Shown here: one piece after another, positions 13,991-27,200 of the stretch
Position numbering within the stretch: position 1 is the first letter of the stretch
Layout of the letters: each line of letters begins with the position of its first letter
From: Eledone cirrhosa
Lineage: Eukaryota
DNA: 64,000 bases
Assembly: GCA_964016885.1 (NCBI GenBank)
Contig: OZ024740.1
Span: 409,324,001-409,388,000 of the forward strand
Direction: 5' to 3'
Notes under the pieces: generated by a model
What the model saw: only the letters and a program-made list of their open reading frames with translations
What the model was told of the DNA's origin: nothing
Databases searched by the model: none
Position numbers and translations under genes: made by a program

Positions 13991-14413
13991 TCTTAATAGG
14001 CGTTTGAACTGTCAACAGGCTGCGGTTCGCACACACATCCCTGCTGACCATTATCACAACAACGAACCTCTTTACTGCTGCTACTACACACACACACATA
14101 CACACACATATTTGTTGTGAAAGACTTATTCCTCAGTCAGCCGACACGGACCTACATTTGGCGCAAAATCAATTTTTTACATTCACATGACCTCTACCGA
14201 CCAATCAAAATTGTTTTGACCACAATCATTTTTGCAACACGAATTGGCGCAAAACTTATTTTAATACCGCTGGAGCCACTTTTTTAACATAAAAACAGGT
14301 AGAATTCCCAAAACTAATCAGATCAGAGCAAACATCACGGACGCTCTATCTCAAAATTATTTTTGAAAAGCATTAGAAATGCGCAACCGGTAAAACTTAA
14401 AACCAAAACTATA

Positions 14414-14515
<102 letters not shown>

Positions 14516-14918
14516 GTATATATATATTCTATTATTGAAGTTTGAAACCTTAGGTATCATGCATTCGTCTTGAGATTTTATTCATATAATACATTTTGGC
14601 TGTTTTCTTGATCTATTTCTTCAGAAACTCTTGGCACTATATATATATATATATATACAATGCCAAGAGTTTTTTCTCGCATCTGTATATATATATATAT
14701 ACAGATGCGATAAAAACCACAAACCCTCCATCCCAATTCTACTTTTGAAAAGCATAAGAACTCTGAAACCGGTAAAGGAAACAAATAAATATTCTTAAAA
14801 AGACTCCAGTTGCATTTTCGATTTCATCGTTTTTCCTTATACTTTCATTCGTGTAGGACATCTCGTTTTTTTCATTACAAAACAACAACTCATTTTCTTA
14901 TATATATATATATAACAT

Positions 14919-14986
14919 CTCTGTCTGACGAACGATCCAGGCGTATATTATTATCGTCTGTGATCCAGAAACCTTTGGTAATGGAG
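14919..14986 (+). ncRNA. Type I hammerhead ribozyme with long irregular stem II
   Basis: ctctgt CTGACGA [a-cgatc-caggcg..cgtctg-t-gatc-ca] GAAA CC-ttt-GG TA atggag. Begins just after a (TA)n run. Confidence 0.7.
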
Positions 14987-15078
14987 TAGTTATATTTTGT
15001 GTTGTTCACTTTCTAACTAAATAGCTCTGTTCTATACATGGAGCACTCATTTTTCCTTTGCTTTTCCTTTGGAATTAC

Positions 15079-15150
<72 letters not shown>

Positions 15151-16662
15151 TATATATGTATATTGTTACTCCATTTTCAGTGTATTTGATTTTGGCTTCA
15201 GTTGAAATCGCACGCGTGTATTTGGTTCTAAATTTTGGGAGTTGAGGAGATATAGAATCATTATAGTAAGTGGTACCCATAGTCATTTGAGCAAGTTTTT
15301 TTCTTAATACAAACTGATCGGAGGAATGGGCTCCTTGTACTACATAGGTTTAAAGGAGTTTTCTTGTGCGTTTCGATTGGCAGTATCGGTAGAGGGTCGG
15401 ACGCCATGCTTTATAGAGTTACGGCCCTTGCCATTCTGAGTTCAAAGCCCGCCGAGATTAACTTTGCCTTTTATCCTTACGGGATCAATAAAATAAAGTA
15501 CCAGTAATGCACTGGGTAATTGCTGGCCTTGTGCTCAAAGTAGAAACAATTATCAAAATATTTAGAACCTCACAGATGCCTTAAAATCCGAAGAAAGGTT
15601 CGGAAGTGTCAAAATATAAATCATTAACTATGGAGAAGAAACCAACAACAACAAAACAGAAAAAAATACAAAGACATGAATAATCCATTAGGAATGGAAA
15701 TAATTTATTACAATTCTGAAGGCGTAATTCATTTCTTGAAAGCAGTTGGTCATTGTCTCAAATTTTAATTTGAACACAGATCGCAGAAAGTTGTAACTAA
15801 ATCTCGTAAATCATTTTATCCAACGCTCTACCGATTCTGCCAATCCACTACTCCTCAAATCTTAATATCGCTGTATTTTATTAGTAACTTTAGGTTTTAG
15901 TTATGGATATTTTCTGTGATTTTGATGATTTTAAAGTAAATTATTATAACAAATTCGAAGTTTGAAAGCCACGGCAATGTAGACAGAAAGTAAGTCGTAA
16001 GAAACGAGGGAAGATTTTTTTAACCCTAATTTATTCATGTCCTAATATTTCGAGATTAATATCTCTTCTTCCGAGGAAAATAAAGGAAATTAATATAAAT
16101 GAACAAATAGATGTGTTTCGGTTGTTTGGGGAGAAAAATATAATTATTGGGAGAGGGGTATAGGCAGCCTCCTGTGAATGTCATTCTAATCTGTATGGTG
16201 ATAAGTAATTGACCTAGTAACGAAATTACCTGGGGCCTAAATGACCGCATGCTGTCATGAACTATTGAACACGACAAGAGATGAATGTAGGTGACAATCT
16301 GGAGGATGACCAATTAACTGTAATTATTGTCGTGACTTAAAGTCATATTTCAACTGTAATTCTAGCTATCTCTCTCTCTGTATATTTAAACACACCCTTG
16401 ACTAACAGAGCGACAGGTTAGAATGGGTAATATTAACACCCCCACCTCTCAATCTGCACACATCTATATGTATGGGACAGTGTGTGTGTATATGTGTATG
16501 TGTGTATGTGTGTGTGTGTGTGTGTGTGTTTGTGTATGTATGTGTTTGCGTGCGGGCACATTGGTATATATTAAGTATTAAGGGGTATAAAATACGCACA
16601 CGAATAAACAGTAACAGAAACGTGTAAATGATACATATACGTAGTTTATGTATGGCATATAT

Positions 16663-16704
<42 letters not shown>

Positions 16705-16983
16705 AACAATAATAATAACAACAACATCAACAACAATAACAACAATAATAATAATAATTGTTTCTACTTTTGGCACAAGACCAGCAATTACCCAGTACAT
16801 TATTGGTACTTTATTTTATCGACCCCGTAAGGATGAAAGGCAAAGTTAACCTCGGCGGGATTTAAACTCAGATCGTAAAGGGACGTAACTATGCTGGAAA
16901 GCATGTCCGACCTTTCTACCAATACTGCCAATTCACCGCCATGGGAACAAAGAATCAGTATTGCATCATGTACATATTTAATT

Positions 16984-17074
16984 ACATATTGCATATGTTT
17001 CACTGTCGATCAGTCGAGGAACGATGGATTAATGTTCGATCCTGACTCTGGAGTCGGGAGCTCCTCAGATGTGT
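16984..17074 (-). ncRNA. Hammerhead ribozyme with mutated cleavage site at the end of a probable PLE remnant (to about 17310)
   Basis: Minus strand: acacat CTGAGGA gct..agt GAAA catatg CA atatgt. Loop III is palindromic and U16.1 is changed to C. Confidence 0.6.
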
Positions 17075-17451
17075 GTTCTCACGTGTAGACGCACGTTTAC
17101 ACGTGAGAATACATATCTGAGGGTGATGTGTTGGTGTAATGGTAGCACAGTGGTCTGGATAACCAAAGATGTGGGTTTGACTCCTATGTACGTCAATACT
17201 CATCTTTTCCCATTTCTTAGAGGGTTCTAAACCCCACTTAGTAAAAAAAAATAAGGCGAAAGCTTCTATTTCTAATTTCAAACGCGCTCGCTGTTTCAAA
17301 ACACACTTATTTATATATTTAAGTTTATCCCGGGTTCAATCGGGGGGTAACCACAGTAAGTAAGGTACTCAATACAAAGCAGAGTATACATATTTAATAT
17401 AGAAAAGCTTCTACAGGACTAGAACTGTTTCATTCGTGAGAAATCATCAGG

Positions 17452-17502
17452 AGCTTCCTGATGATTTCTCACGAATGAAACAGTTCTAGTCCTGTAGAAG
17501 CT
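17452..17502 (+). ncRNA. Type I hammerhead ribozyme within fold-back 17396-17512
   Basis: agcttc CTGATGA t-ttc-tcac-gaa-t GAAA CAG-ttctagtc-CTG TA gaagct. A mirror copy lies on the minus strand. Confidence 0.88.
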
Positions 17503-17524
17503 TTTCTATATTATATATATATAT

Positions 17525-18838
17525 AGTTGTCAATGTTAATGTTTGCTTCCTTCTGGACACTCTTTGAATTCTTCGGATAAATAAATATTGATCGCCCATC
17601 CGACGCCTCTCAAGACAGGTCGCAAGCTTATCGCCAGTGCTTTTGGTATTAGAGCTGGGGACTGCAATATATTTTTCTAACAAGGGCTTCTACCTGAGGC
17701 CCGAATGCGTCCCTTCTTGCCTAGTTCGAAGAAGGATGTGGTATAATCGTTTTTACTCAATCTGACCATATTGCAATTGGTCTAATTCACGCCAGGTACC
17801 AATTTAGTACCTGGTCTCAAACCCGCGAAGTCTAGCCTTTTTTAGAGGTTGTCTTTACTCACCTCGTAGTAACGACATGGCTTGTTTGTGAGAGCTTTCT
17901 TGAGAGCTAACAACGGTACCAGTTGCACCATCGTCCCTAATAGCTTACTGCTGTTAACTTCGGAGTTGCGTATTTGACCGGCAGGAGCCCCCTTATACTG
18001 CAATTAACCATCATGTCTGGGAGCTGTATCGCTATCCGCCCCCCTACGACATGTTCTCTAGCAAAACGGCTCTACCGACACCGTACTACTTAACTCGGAA
18101 GGGGATTTCCTGCACGGCAGGAATGAAAATCAATGTTGTGAAGACTGAGACTCTCGTCCTCTCGAAAAAGGCTGCGCAATGCACTGCATATGATATGAGT
18201 GAATTTACACAGAAGTGGGAGAAATTCAAGTATGTGGATGCTATTTTCATGAATGAAGCAAAGCAGGGTGCTGAAACAAAAGCAAAAATTATTGGAGCTG
18301 GTGCAATAACGCACAAGCTCCAGTATTTGCTCAGCAGATAAGTGGAGGTAGATGTAAAAACCAAACTCGTTATCTTCATTTCGGTATTCCTGCCTTCCCT
18401 TACATATGGTCATGAATTTTGAGTACTGATCGAAATAATACGATTGCCAATACAAGCGGCCGAAATGGGTTTCCTCCGAAGGGTCTTGTGTAGCTCGGAT
18501 GTCAGGGAATTGCTCCAGGTAGAACTGCTACTTCTTCGAATCGAGATATCAGAGCTTCGGTATCACAGAATCGAGATATCACAGCTACGGGGATGTGATC
18601 AGAATGAAAAGAATCGCTGGATATATTTTACGGGCAAAACCAAACGACAGGAGACCCAGAGATAAACCACGAGCAAGATAGTGGGGTAACATCCATAAAC
18701 TCGATTGGTCTCCTCGGCGATCCATCCAGGTCATTTGGAGACGGTTGCTTTTGATGGGACCCTCTGGGAGGCGTGTCTGAGCAATGTGCCCCAAAGACCC
18801 TTCCATGAATAAGTGGGCGAATAAGATGAAGAAGAAGA
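17525..18838. pseudogene. RTE-clade LINE fragments: probable 5' part on minus, RT C-terminus and 3' end on plus
   Basis: GMKINVVKTE..EKFKY..LPSLTYGHE..IQAAEMGFLRRV..LLLRIE, ending in a gaagaagaag tail. Confidence 0.75.
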
Positions 18839-21800
18839 ATATATATATATATATATATATATTTGTGTGTGTAGGTGAGGTTAAATATGTATACATCTGA
18901 TTCCCGGGGGGGGGGGGGGGGTGATGTGTATTGTGTTCTAAATTACGTTTGGGTGGCAAACTCACAAACCTGCATAAACTAGTGTTACTGCTAACCACAC
19001 AGTTTGACTAACTAGACGACTGTATCTATCGAGGAATGTCACCATGGTGTGACATATATGCTCTACCCCAGGGCATTCGAAATTGAATTGATTTATTAGG
19101 TGAATGAAACCGCTTAGCAGGGTTAGGTACCTTTGCTCTATAACAAAATGTTAAATAAACATTTACCTCTCTGAATAATACCTTCACCCACTGGATGTTC
19201 TCTCGCCACCTCTCCACACAAAATTGAGTGCTATTTTCAAATAATCTCATATTTCAGGACAATAAAGGCAACTCACTCCCACCAAAAAGAAAAAAGAAGC
19301 AGAAATAATAAACGCTGATAACAACAATGCATGTAGAGGTCGGAGAAACTGGTAAATAGATTTCAGAAAATATCACAGGGTTGAGTAACATAGTGGCTGG
19401 CGGGAGTTTACTTGCTTAAATCTAAATGTCACGTTGTTGGTAAGGTGACATGATAATTTCTGTGCTTTCATAGAACGACACACATACACATGCGCACACG
19501 CACACTCATTTACTTAGATGCGAATGTTAGTATGTAACCACACAAATACACTCACATATACTGACACACATATACAACTTACATACTGAACCGTATGCGA
19601 CATGGCTCTACGCACCCTAATTATTTATATGTGAAATGTCAATTCAGTAGCTCACTTAGTGATATAAAAACAGCTAGCATTTGTTTTCTTGCTATTTTAT
19701 TCATTCTTTTAACTTTTAGTGATTTATATACCAGTTAAATCACAATGTCCAAGTGGATGGCAAAGTTTGCAACTTATGAGATTTAAGTTCGTATTCTATG
19801 AGCAATACTGCAATTGTAGCTCTGTTGCATTAAGTATTTGTCATATATTTCAAATTAGTTGACTGACCCCCCCCCCCCCTCCCAATAAAGCAGCACTGGA
19901 CATTTGATATATAATTCTAAGATGTTTGTATAATCTTGGAGTTGAAAGTTTGGTATTTTATTGCCGTTTCTGGTGATTAAAGTTTGGAATTTGCGCTCTT
20001 TTCCATCTGTGGTTTTATCCATACTGCGGACTTGCCAACCTATAAAAACACAAACCAAGAGTACCTTAAAAAAAGTGCCCTAAAACGGGGAGAAAAAGAC
20101 GAAATGGGGAAATTTTAAATAATAAAAGCTATACCCATTTTCTCAAGAGAAGACATCTCTCACCCACTCCGAAGTGAAGTGGGTAGAAGATCTCCCTGTC
20201 GGACGGGGAGAATTGACAGGTCTGTTACTACACTAACCGAACTACCCCCACTCTATCCGCGATTTCATAACACAAGTAACCAATCCTAAAATCTGAAAAA
20301 AAAATATATATATATATATCTACGTCGTTGTTTGACCCACTAGAAATAGCAACCATCTTTAAACCCACGCAGGCGCCTTAAAAGGAAGGGCATATTGAAT
20401 AACGTAGGATAAACTATATTGTAAGTGGCACTATACCTCTAGAAATATATGGTATCGTCACACTTGGTGGTAGATATTCGCAATTAACGCTGGCCTCTCT
20501 GTCAAACAACAATAAACCTACAAATGATATACATTCACTATGTACAGACATTTAGAAACTATCAAACTCCCTTTCATGTGTTCTTGAGCAAAACATTTCA
20601 TTTCATGTTGCTCCAGTACACTCAGTTGAACATGAATACCAGCAGTAGCTGATGGTTTAGCCTGCAATGAACGTGCTTCCCTGTCCAGGTGGAGAGGGAG
20701 TCTCGTACTCTCAGTCGCTAAACGCTAGGGAAACCAGAATAAGCACCGTCTAATGAGCTCCCGGGCTTGAGACAGACTTAGACATGATAACCATAGCATT
20801 TTCCATCACTAATATTTCATTAAACCAGCCATGTTTCGTTTGTAGTGCCAGATGTTACATCATTTTAAAAATGTTACGCATACTCTCCCAAAGTTACCAC
20901 TATACCCTTACACACTTCTGGAGGTGCACTCCGAACGAATGACGAAGCTACTATGCGGTTACACGAATATCAGCCGACATCATCGTGTCTTAAACAAGGA
21001 GGAATTCGTTAGATGATGTAGTCATGAATGGTCTTAAAAAGGCGGGTGGCAATGAATGTTGGTCAGAAATACTTTAGGGAGGTAGAGCATCGGACAATAT
21101 ACTTTGTGATATATAGCTACCACCCTTTACATTCTAAGTTCAAATCCCGCCGAGGTTAGCTTTGCCTTTCATCCTTACGGGGATCGATAAAATAACGTAC
21201 CAGTAATACACAGGGGTCGATTTGATCAACTTTCCCCTTTACCGAAATCAAACACCATTATTTTTATCGATGTTGGATTGGCAGTATCGGTAGAGGATCG
21301 GACGCCATGCTTTGACGCATAGAGTTACGGCCCTTGCCATTCTGAGTTCAAATCCCGCCGAGGTTAACTTTGCCTTTCAGCCTTACGGGGTCGATAAAAT
21401 AAAGTACCAGTTATGCACTGTGTATTTGCTGGCCTTGTGCCTAAATCAAACACCATTATTATTATCGATGTTGTTTTGAGGACATCGTTTAGACATATCT
21501 CAATAAAACAGGTGATAATGTTTGGTGGACAGAGGGGATTATTACCTTTCGGAACATTTGAGTATGTACCTGTCTTTCCTAGGAGAGGAAAAGTATGTTT
21601 TGTCGTTGAATATTTTTTTGTTTTGTTTTACTTGTAAATACTAGCTTACTTGTACAACAATATATCACACTTCCCATGAATTTTGAATAGGCTTCCGTAC
21701 ATTTTGTACATACAATCCGGAATCTAAACAACAAGTTTGACAAACAAAGAAAATATTAAAACACTTAAACAATCAAACACAAAAATTTACATTACACACA

Positions 21801-22929
21801 CAAAAAGTTACAACTTAAAAAATTGTTTATGAAGGCAGTAACAGCTGCAACAAATGTTAACTAGTAATTCTGAATGTGGGTCAATTCTAGAAAACAACAA
21901 AATAAAAAAATGAATGTGTGACAGGTCTGCTATAAAATCTTCTGCTTCTTGACCTAGTGAATCTATTGGAGAAAGGGTATGGAAATAGTGACATATCTCT
22001 ACCTATGAAAAACTGGAGAGATTTTCAGTGTCATCATATGAAGTTCTGGTCAATGAATACAACGGCCAATTCGGAACTGTACCTCGTTGTGGGTGCAGAA
22101 AAAAGCAAAATCGTTCAGGACATAAAATCTAGCCGTTAAATGTGTCAATAAGATCCACTTCAGAGTATTCTGTCCTGAGAAGGCTGGAAGGAAAGGGGAT
22201 TCAGAAAGAACAGCGGTCGATAGTAGAGCTAACAGCAACAAGAGAACGACTCAGAATTTATTTTTTCACAAAGCGGAGGAAATCCTTTCCCCCTCTAGGA
22301 ATTCATTTATGTTCATACCACAGACAAATTTCAGGTGGATCTGCTGAGTAATCTGGAAGAAAACCACATGAACCACGTACTGGCTGGGTAAAACCAGAAG
22401 CAGAGGGTGATCTGAGTTGTGGGGTACTTTGTCCCAACAGCTTCTCGTCTGTGGATGAATTGCTCAAATTATTTTCATGTATTTTTAACATTAACGTTTT
22501 TACACATATTGGGTGTCTATATAATATCAATTTAATTATTTTCTATCTTTGCTCCTTTCACCCTCTTAATATAAATATGTTTGTACAAGCCCACATATCA
22601 TGGAAATCATCTTTGTAAATGCTGCTATATGTAGAAGACATTGAAGCTGATAAATGATTGTTTCATTGTTATTGTTATTATTTTATTATTGGGCAATGGA
22701 TTGGCAGTATCGGTAGGGGGTCGGACACCATGCTTTGCAGCATAGAGTTACGGCACTTTATGATCTGAGTTCAAATCCCACCGAAGTTAACTTTGCCTTT
22801 TATCCTTATGGGGTCGATAAAATAAAGTACCAGTCACGCACTGTGATCGATTTAATCGACTTTCCCCTACCCCCAAATTGCTGGCTTTGTGCCTATATAA
22901 GAAACCATTATTTTATTATTGGCTTTTAG

Positions 22930-23376
22930 TTTGTAAAGGCGTGTTATTGTAGGCTCCCGTAAGTTTGTCGTGTTCACATATTTAAGTCATTGTATTTTTT
23001 AATATTCTTTGTTACAAAGGGAGAATAAGGTATCATCATTTCCCCTTAAGAAGGAAGACCCCATAATATTCGGGCATTTGAACCAAATATTTAAAGTTTA
23101 CAGCTTGAATTTACGCACACAGTTTTTTTAATGTGGGTAACATCGTCCTCCACATCCAGAATAATGTCACATGACAGCATCTCAGACTTGAGTTCAAAGG
23201 TTGATAACAGTGTAACCCCCATCACCATCGTAACCAACGTCACCACCACCACCACCATAGACATCACCAACAAGGCCATCGGCACCAACAATAACAACTG
23301 CAACAACAACAGCAGGAACAACGATAACGACAACAGAAGGAGTAACAACGGCAACGACAACAAAAATAACACCATC

Positions 23377-23408
<32 letters not shown>

Positions 23409-24044
23409 CGATAACAGCGGCATCAATTACAGCAGCAACCACAGCGACAGTAGCAGCAGCAACAACGGCAATGACAACAACAGCTACAGCAACAATGGCA
23501 AAAACAACTACAAAAGTACGTTCGCAGCAAGGACTGCGAAAAATATGGAATTGCTCCATAAATATGGAATAGATTTGATTAGGAGTGAAGAATGTCTGGG
23601 CCGACATAAGTGTTCCGCCTGCGGTGTTGGTAAACTCTTGACATACAGATGTATCGATATCAAGTCCAAAAAGCTGGAGCTGGCCCCACAATCTTACATA
23701 GAGGCAGCTCTAACAGGCTTGATTCCAGACGTACAACATGCTACAAGGTCCAAGCATCAGTGCTCTTCAAAAGCAAGGTCCTTGCAAAGAAGTACTCTGT
23801 GGTCCTCTATAAAACAGACCAATTCATAATATTCCCCTCTTACACGGGAAGAAGGACACTGAAGATCCGAATCATTGGGATCCCACCAGAATTAAACATC
23901 TGGTGGATCCTAACATGCGTCGTCCTGGATGGAAGCGAAACGTTCTTAAAAGTAAAGAGGACCCTGAGGGAAAACTGGTCTGAGATCAAACTAGAGATAC
24001 TTTTCCAGATCAAACCAGAGAAGATTAACAAATCCCAAACCTAA
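22930..24044 (+). pseudogene. L1/Tx1-type LINE 5' UTR and ORF1 fragment with Asn-rich N-terminus
   Basis: KSTFAARTAKN and FPSYTGRRTLKIRIIGIPPELNIWWIL match ORF1 at 34979-36070 (KTTFAQTVKKN; FPTYRGKRTQRIKIMSITPNVNIWWIL). Confidence 0.8.
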
Positions 24045-24249
24045 TTCACATAGGTTAAGATCAGGGTTTCCTCACCTGGGTGATATCGTCCACCGATGGG
24101 CAATTTCACCGATGAGCAGCTGAACAGAAAATGCTGGGTGATTGGAAATTTTGGTAGGCGATATAGGATTTTGAGTGTTAATGTGTTTCAACAAATGCTA
24201 CTCTGCAAAAAAAAAAATCTTTAAATGGGGGTGGTGTGTGGGGGTGGGG

Positions 24250-27200
24250 GCTGCATCGGACCATACTTCTTGTATTTCGATTAATTTGACTGTTTGGGCC
24301 AAATATGTGTCTTCAACTAAAACGTTTTGTTGCTTTTGCAGCTATTGCTGCAAATGTATTGTTATTGTTGTTGCTATTGTTGTTGCTATTGTTGTTGCTA
24401 TTGTTGTTGCTATTGTTGTTGCTATTGTTGGTGCTATTGTTGTTGCTATTGTTGGTGCTATTGTTGTTGCTATTGTTGGTGCTATTGTTGTTGCTATTGT
24501 TGGTGCTATTGTTGGTGCTATTGTTGTTGCTATTGTTGGTGCTATTGTTGTTGCTATTGTTGGTGCTATTGTTGTTGCTATTGTTGGTGCTATTGTTGGT
24601 GCTATTGTTGGTGCTATTGTTGTTGCTATTGTTGTTGCTATTGTTGGTGCTATTGTTGTTGCTATTGTTGGTGCTATTGTTGTTGCTATTGTTGGTGCTA
24701 TTGTTGTTGCTATTGTTGGTGCTATTGTTGTTGCTATTGTTGGTGCTATTGTTGTTACTATTGTTGGTGCTATTATTGTTGCTATTGTTGGTGCTATTGT
24801 TGGTGCTATTGTTGGTGCTATTGTTGTTGCTATTGTTGGTGCTATTGTTGTTGCTATTGTTGTTGCTTTTGTTGGTGCTATTGTTGTTGCTATTGTTGGT
24901 GCTTTTGTTGGTGCTATTGTTGTTGCTATTGTTGGTGCTATTGTTGTTGCTATTGTTGGTGCTATTGTTGGTGCTATTGTTGTTGCTATTGTTGGTGCTA
25001 TTGTTGTTGCTATTGTTGTTGCTATTGTTGTTGCTATTGTTGTTGCTATTGTTGGTGCTATTGTTGTTGCTATTGTTGTTGCTATTGTTGGTGCTATTGT
25101 TGTTGCTATTGTTGGTGCTATTATTGTTGCTATTGTTGGTGCTATTGTTGTTACTATTGTTGGTGCTATTGTTGTTACTATTGTTGTTACTATTGTTGTT
25201 ACTATTGTTGGTGCTATTGTTGTTGCTATTGTTGGTGCTATTGTTGTTGCTATTGTTGTTGCTATTGTTGTTAGTATTGTTGGTGCTATTATTGTTGCTA
25301 TTGTTGGTGCTATTGTTGTTACTATTGTTGGTGCTATTGTTGTTACTATTGTTGGTGCTATTGTTGTTGCTATTGTTGGTGCTATTGTTGTTGCTATTGT
25401 TGGTGCTATTGTTGTTGCTATTGTTGGTGCTATTGTTGTTGCTATTGTTGGTGCTATTGTTGTTGCTATTGTTGTTGCTATTGTTGGTGCTATTGTTGGT
25501 GCTATTGTTGGTGCTATTGTTGGTGCTATTGTTGGTGCTATTGTTGTTGCTATTGTTGTTACTATTGTTGGTGCTATTGTTGGTGCTATTGTTGTTGCTA
25601 TTGTTGGTGCTATTGTTGTTACTATTGTTGTTGCTATTGTTGTTACTATTGTTGGTGCTATTGTTGGTGCTATTGTTGTTGCTATTGTTGGTGCTATTGT
25701 TGGTGCTATTGTTGGTGCTATTGTTGTTACTATTGTTGGTGCTATTGTTGTTACTATTGTTGGTGCTATTGTTGGTGCTATTGTTGGTGCTATTGTTGTT
25801 GCTATTGTTGTTACTATTGTTGGTGCTATTGTTGGTGCTATTGTTGTTGCTATTGTTGGTGCTATTGTTGGTGCTATTGTTGTTGCTATTGTTGTTGCTA
25901 TTGTTGTTGCTATTGTTGTTGCTATTGTTGGTGCTATTGTTGTTGCTATTGTTGGTGCTATTGTTGTTGCTATTGTTGGTGCTATTGTTGGTGCTATTGT
26001 TGGTGCTATTGTTGTTACTATTGTTGGTGCTATTGTTGTTACTATTGTTGGTGCTATTGTTGTTGCTTTTGTTGGTGCTATTGTTGTTGCTATTGTTGGT
26101 GCTATTGTTGTTGCTATTGTTGGTGCTATTGTTGTTGCTATTGTTGGTGCTATTGTTGGTGCTATTGTTGATGCTATTGTTGGTGCTATTGTTGTTGCTA
26201 TTGTTGTTGCTATTGTTGTTGCTATTGTTGTTGCTATTGTTGTTGCTATTGTTGGTGCTATTGTTGTTGCTATTGTTGTTGCTATTGTTGGTGCTATTGT
26301 TGTTGCTATTGTTGGTGCTATTATTGTTGCTATTGTTGGTGCTATTGTTGTTACTATTGTTGGTGCTATTGTTGTTACTATTGTTGTTACTATTGTTGTT
26401 ACTATTGTTGGTGCTATTGTTGTTACTATTGTTGGTGCTATTGTTGTTGCTATTGTTGTTGCTATTGTTGTTACTATTGTTGGTGCTATTATTGTTGCTA
26501 TTGTTGGTGGTATTGTTGTTACTATTGTTGGTGCTATTGTTGTTACTATTGTTGGTGCTATTGTTGTTGCTATTGTTGGTGCTATTGTTGTTGCTATTGT
26601 TGGTGCTATTGTTGTTACTATTGTTGGTGCTATTGTTGTTGCTATTGTTGGTGCTATTGTTGTTGCTATTGTTGGTCCTATTGTTGTTACTATTGTTGGT
26701 GCTATTGTTGGTGCTATTGTTGGTGCTATTGTTGGTGCTATTGTTGTTGCTATTGTTGTTACTATTGTTGGTGCTATTGTTGGTGCTATTGTTGTTGCTA
26801 TTGTTGGTGCTATTGTTGTTACTATTGTTGTTGCTATTGTTGTTACTATTGTTGGTGCTATTGTTGGTGCTATTGTTGTCGCTATTGTTGGTGCTATTGT
26901 TGGTGCTATTGTTGGTGCTATTGTTGTTACTATTGTTGGTGCTATTGTTGTTACTATTGTTGGTGCTATTGTTGGTGCTATTGTTGGTGCTATTGTTGTT
27001 GCTATTGTTGTTACTATTGTTGGTGCTATTGTTGGTGCTATTGTTGTTGCTATTGTTGGTGCTATTGTTGGTGCTATCGTTGGTGCTATTGTTGTTGCTA
27101 TTGTTGGTGCTATTGTTGTTACTATTGTTGTTGCTATTGTTGTTACTATTGTTGGTGCTATTGTTGGTGCTATTGTTGTTGCTATTGTTGGTGCTATTGT

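Noticed and set aside
14600-14635. Minus-strand CTGAAGA..GAAA
   Set aside because: No stem II and no matching stem I 3' strand nearby.
21860-22480. Coding-like unique sequence, possibly an exon or pseudogene
   Set aside because: No recognisable motif, stops in all frames and no convincing splice pair; needs BLASTX.
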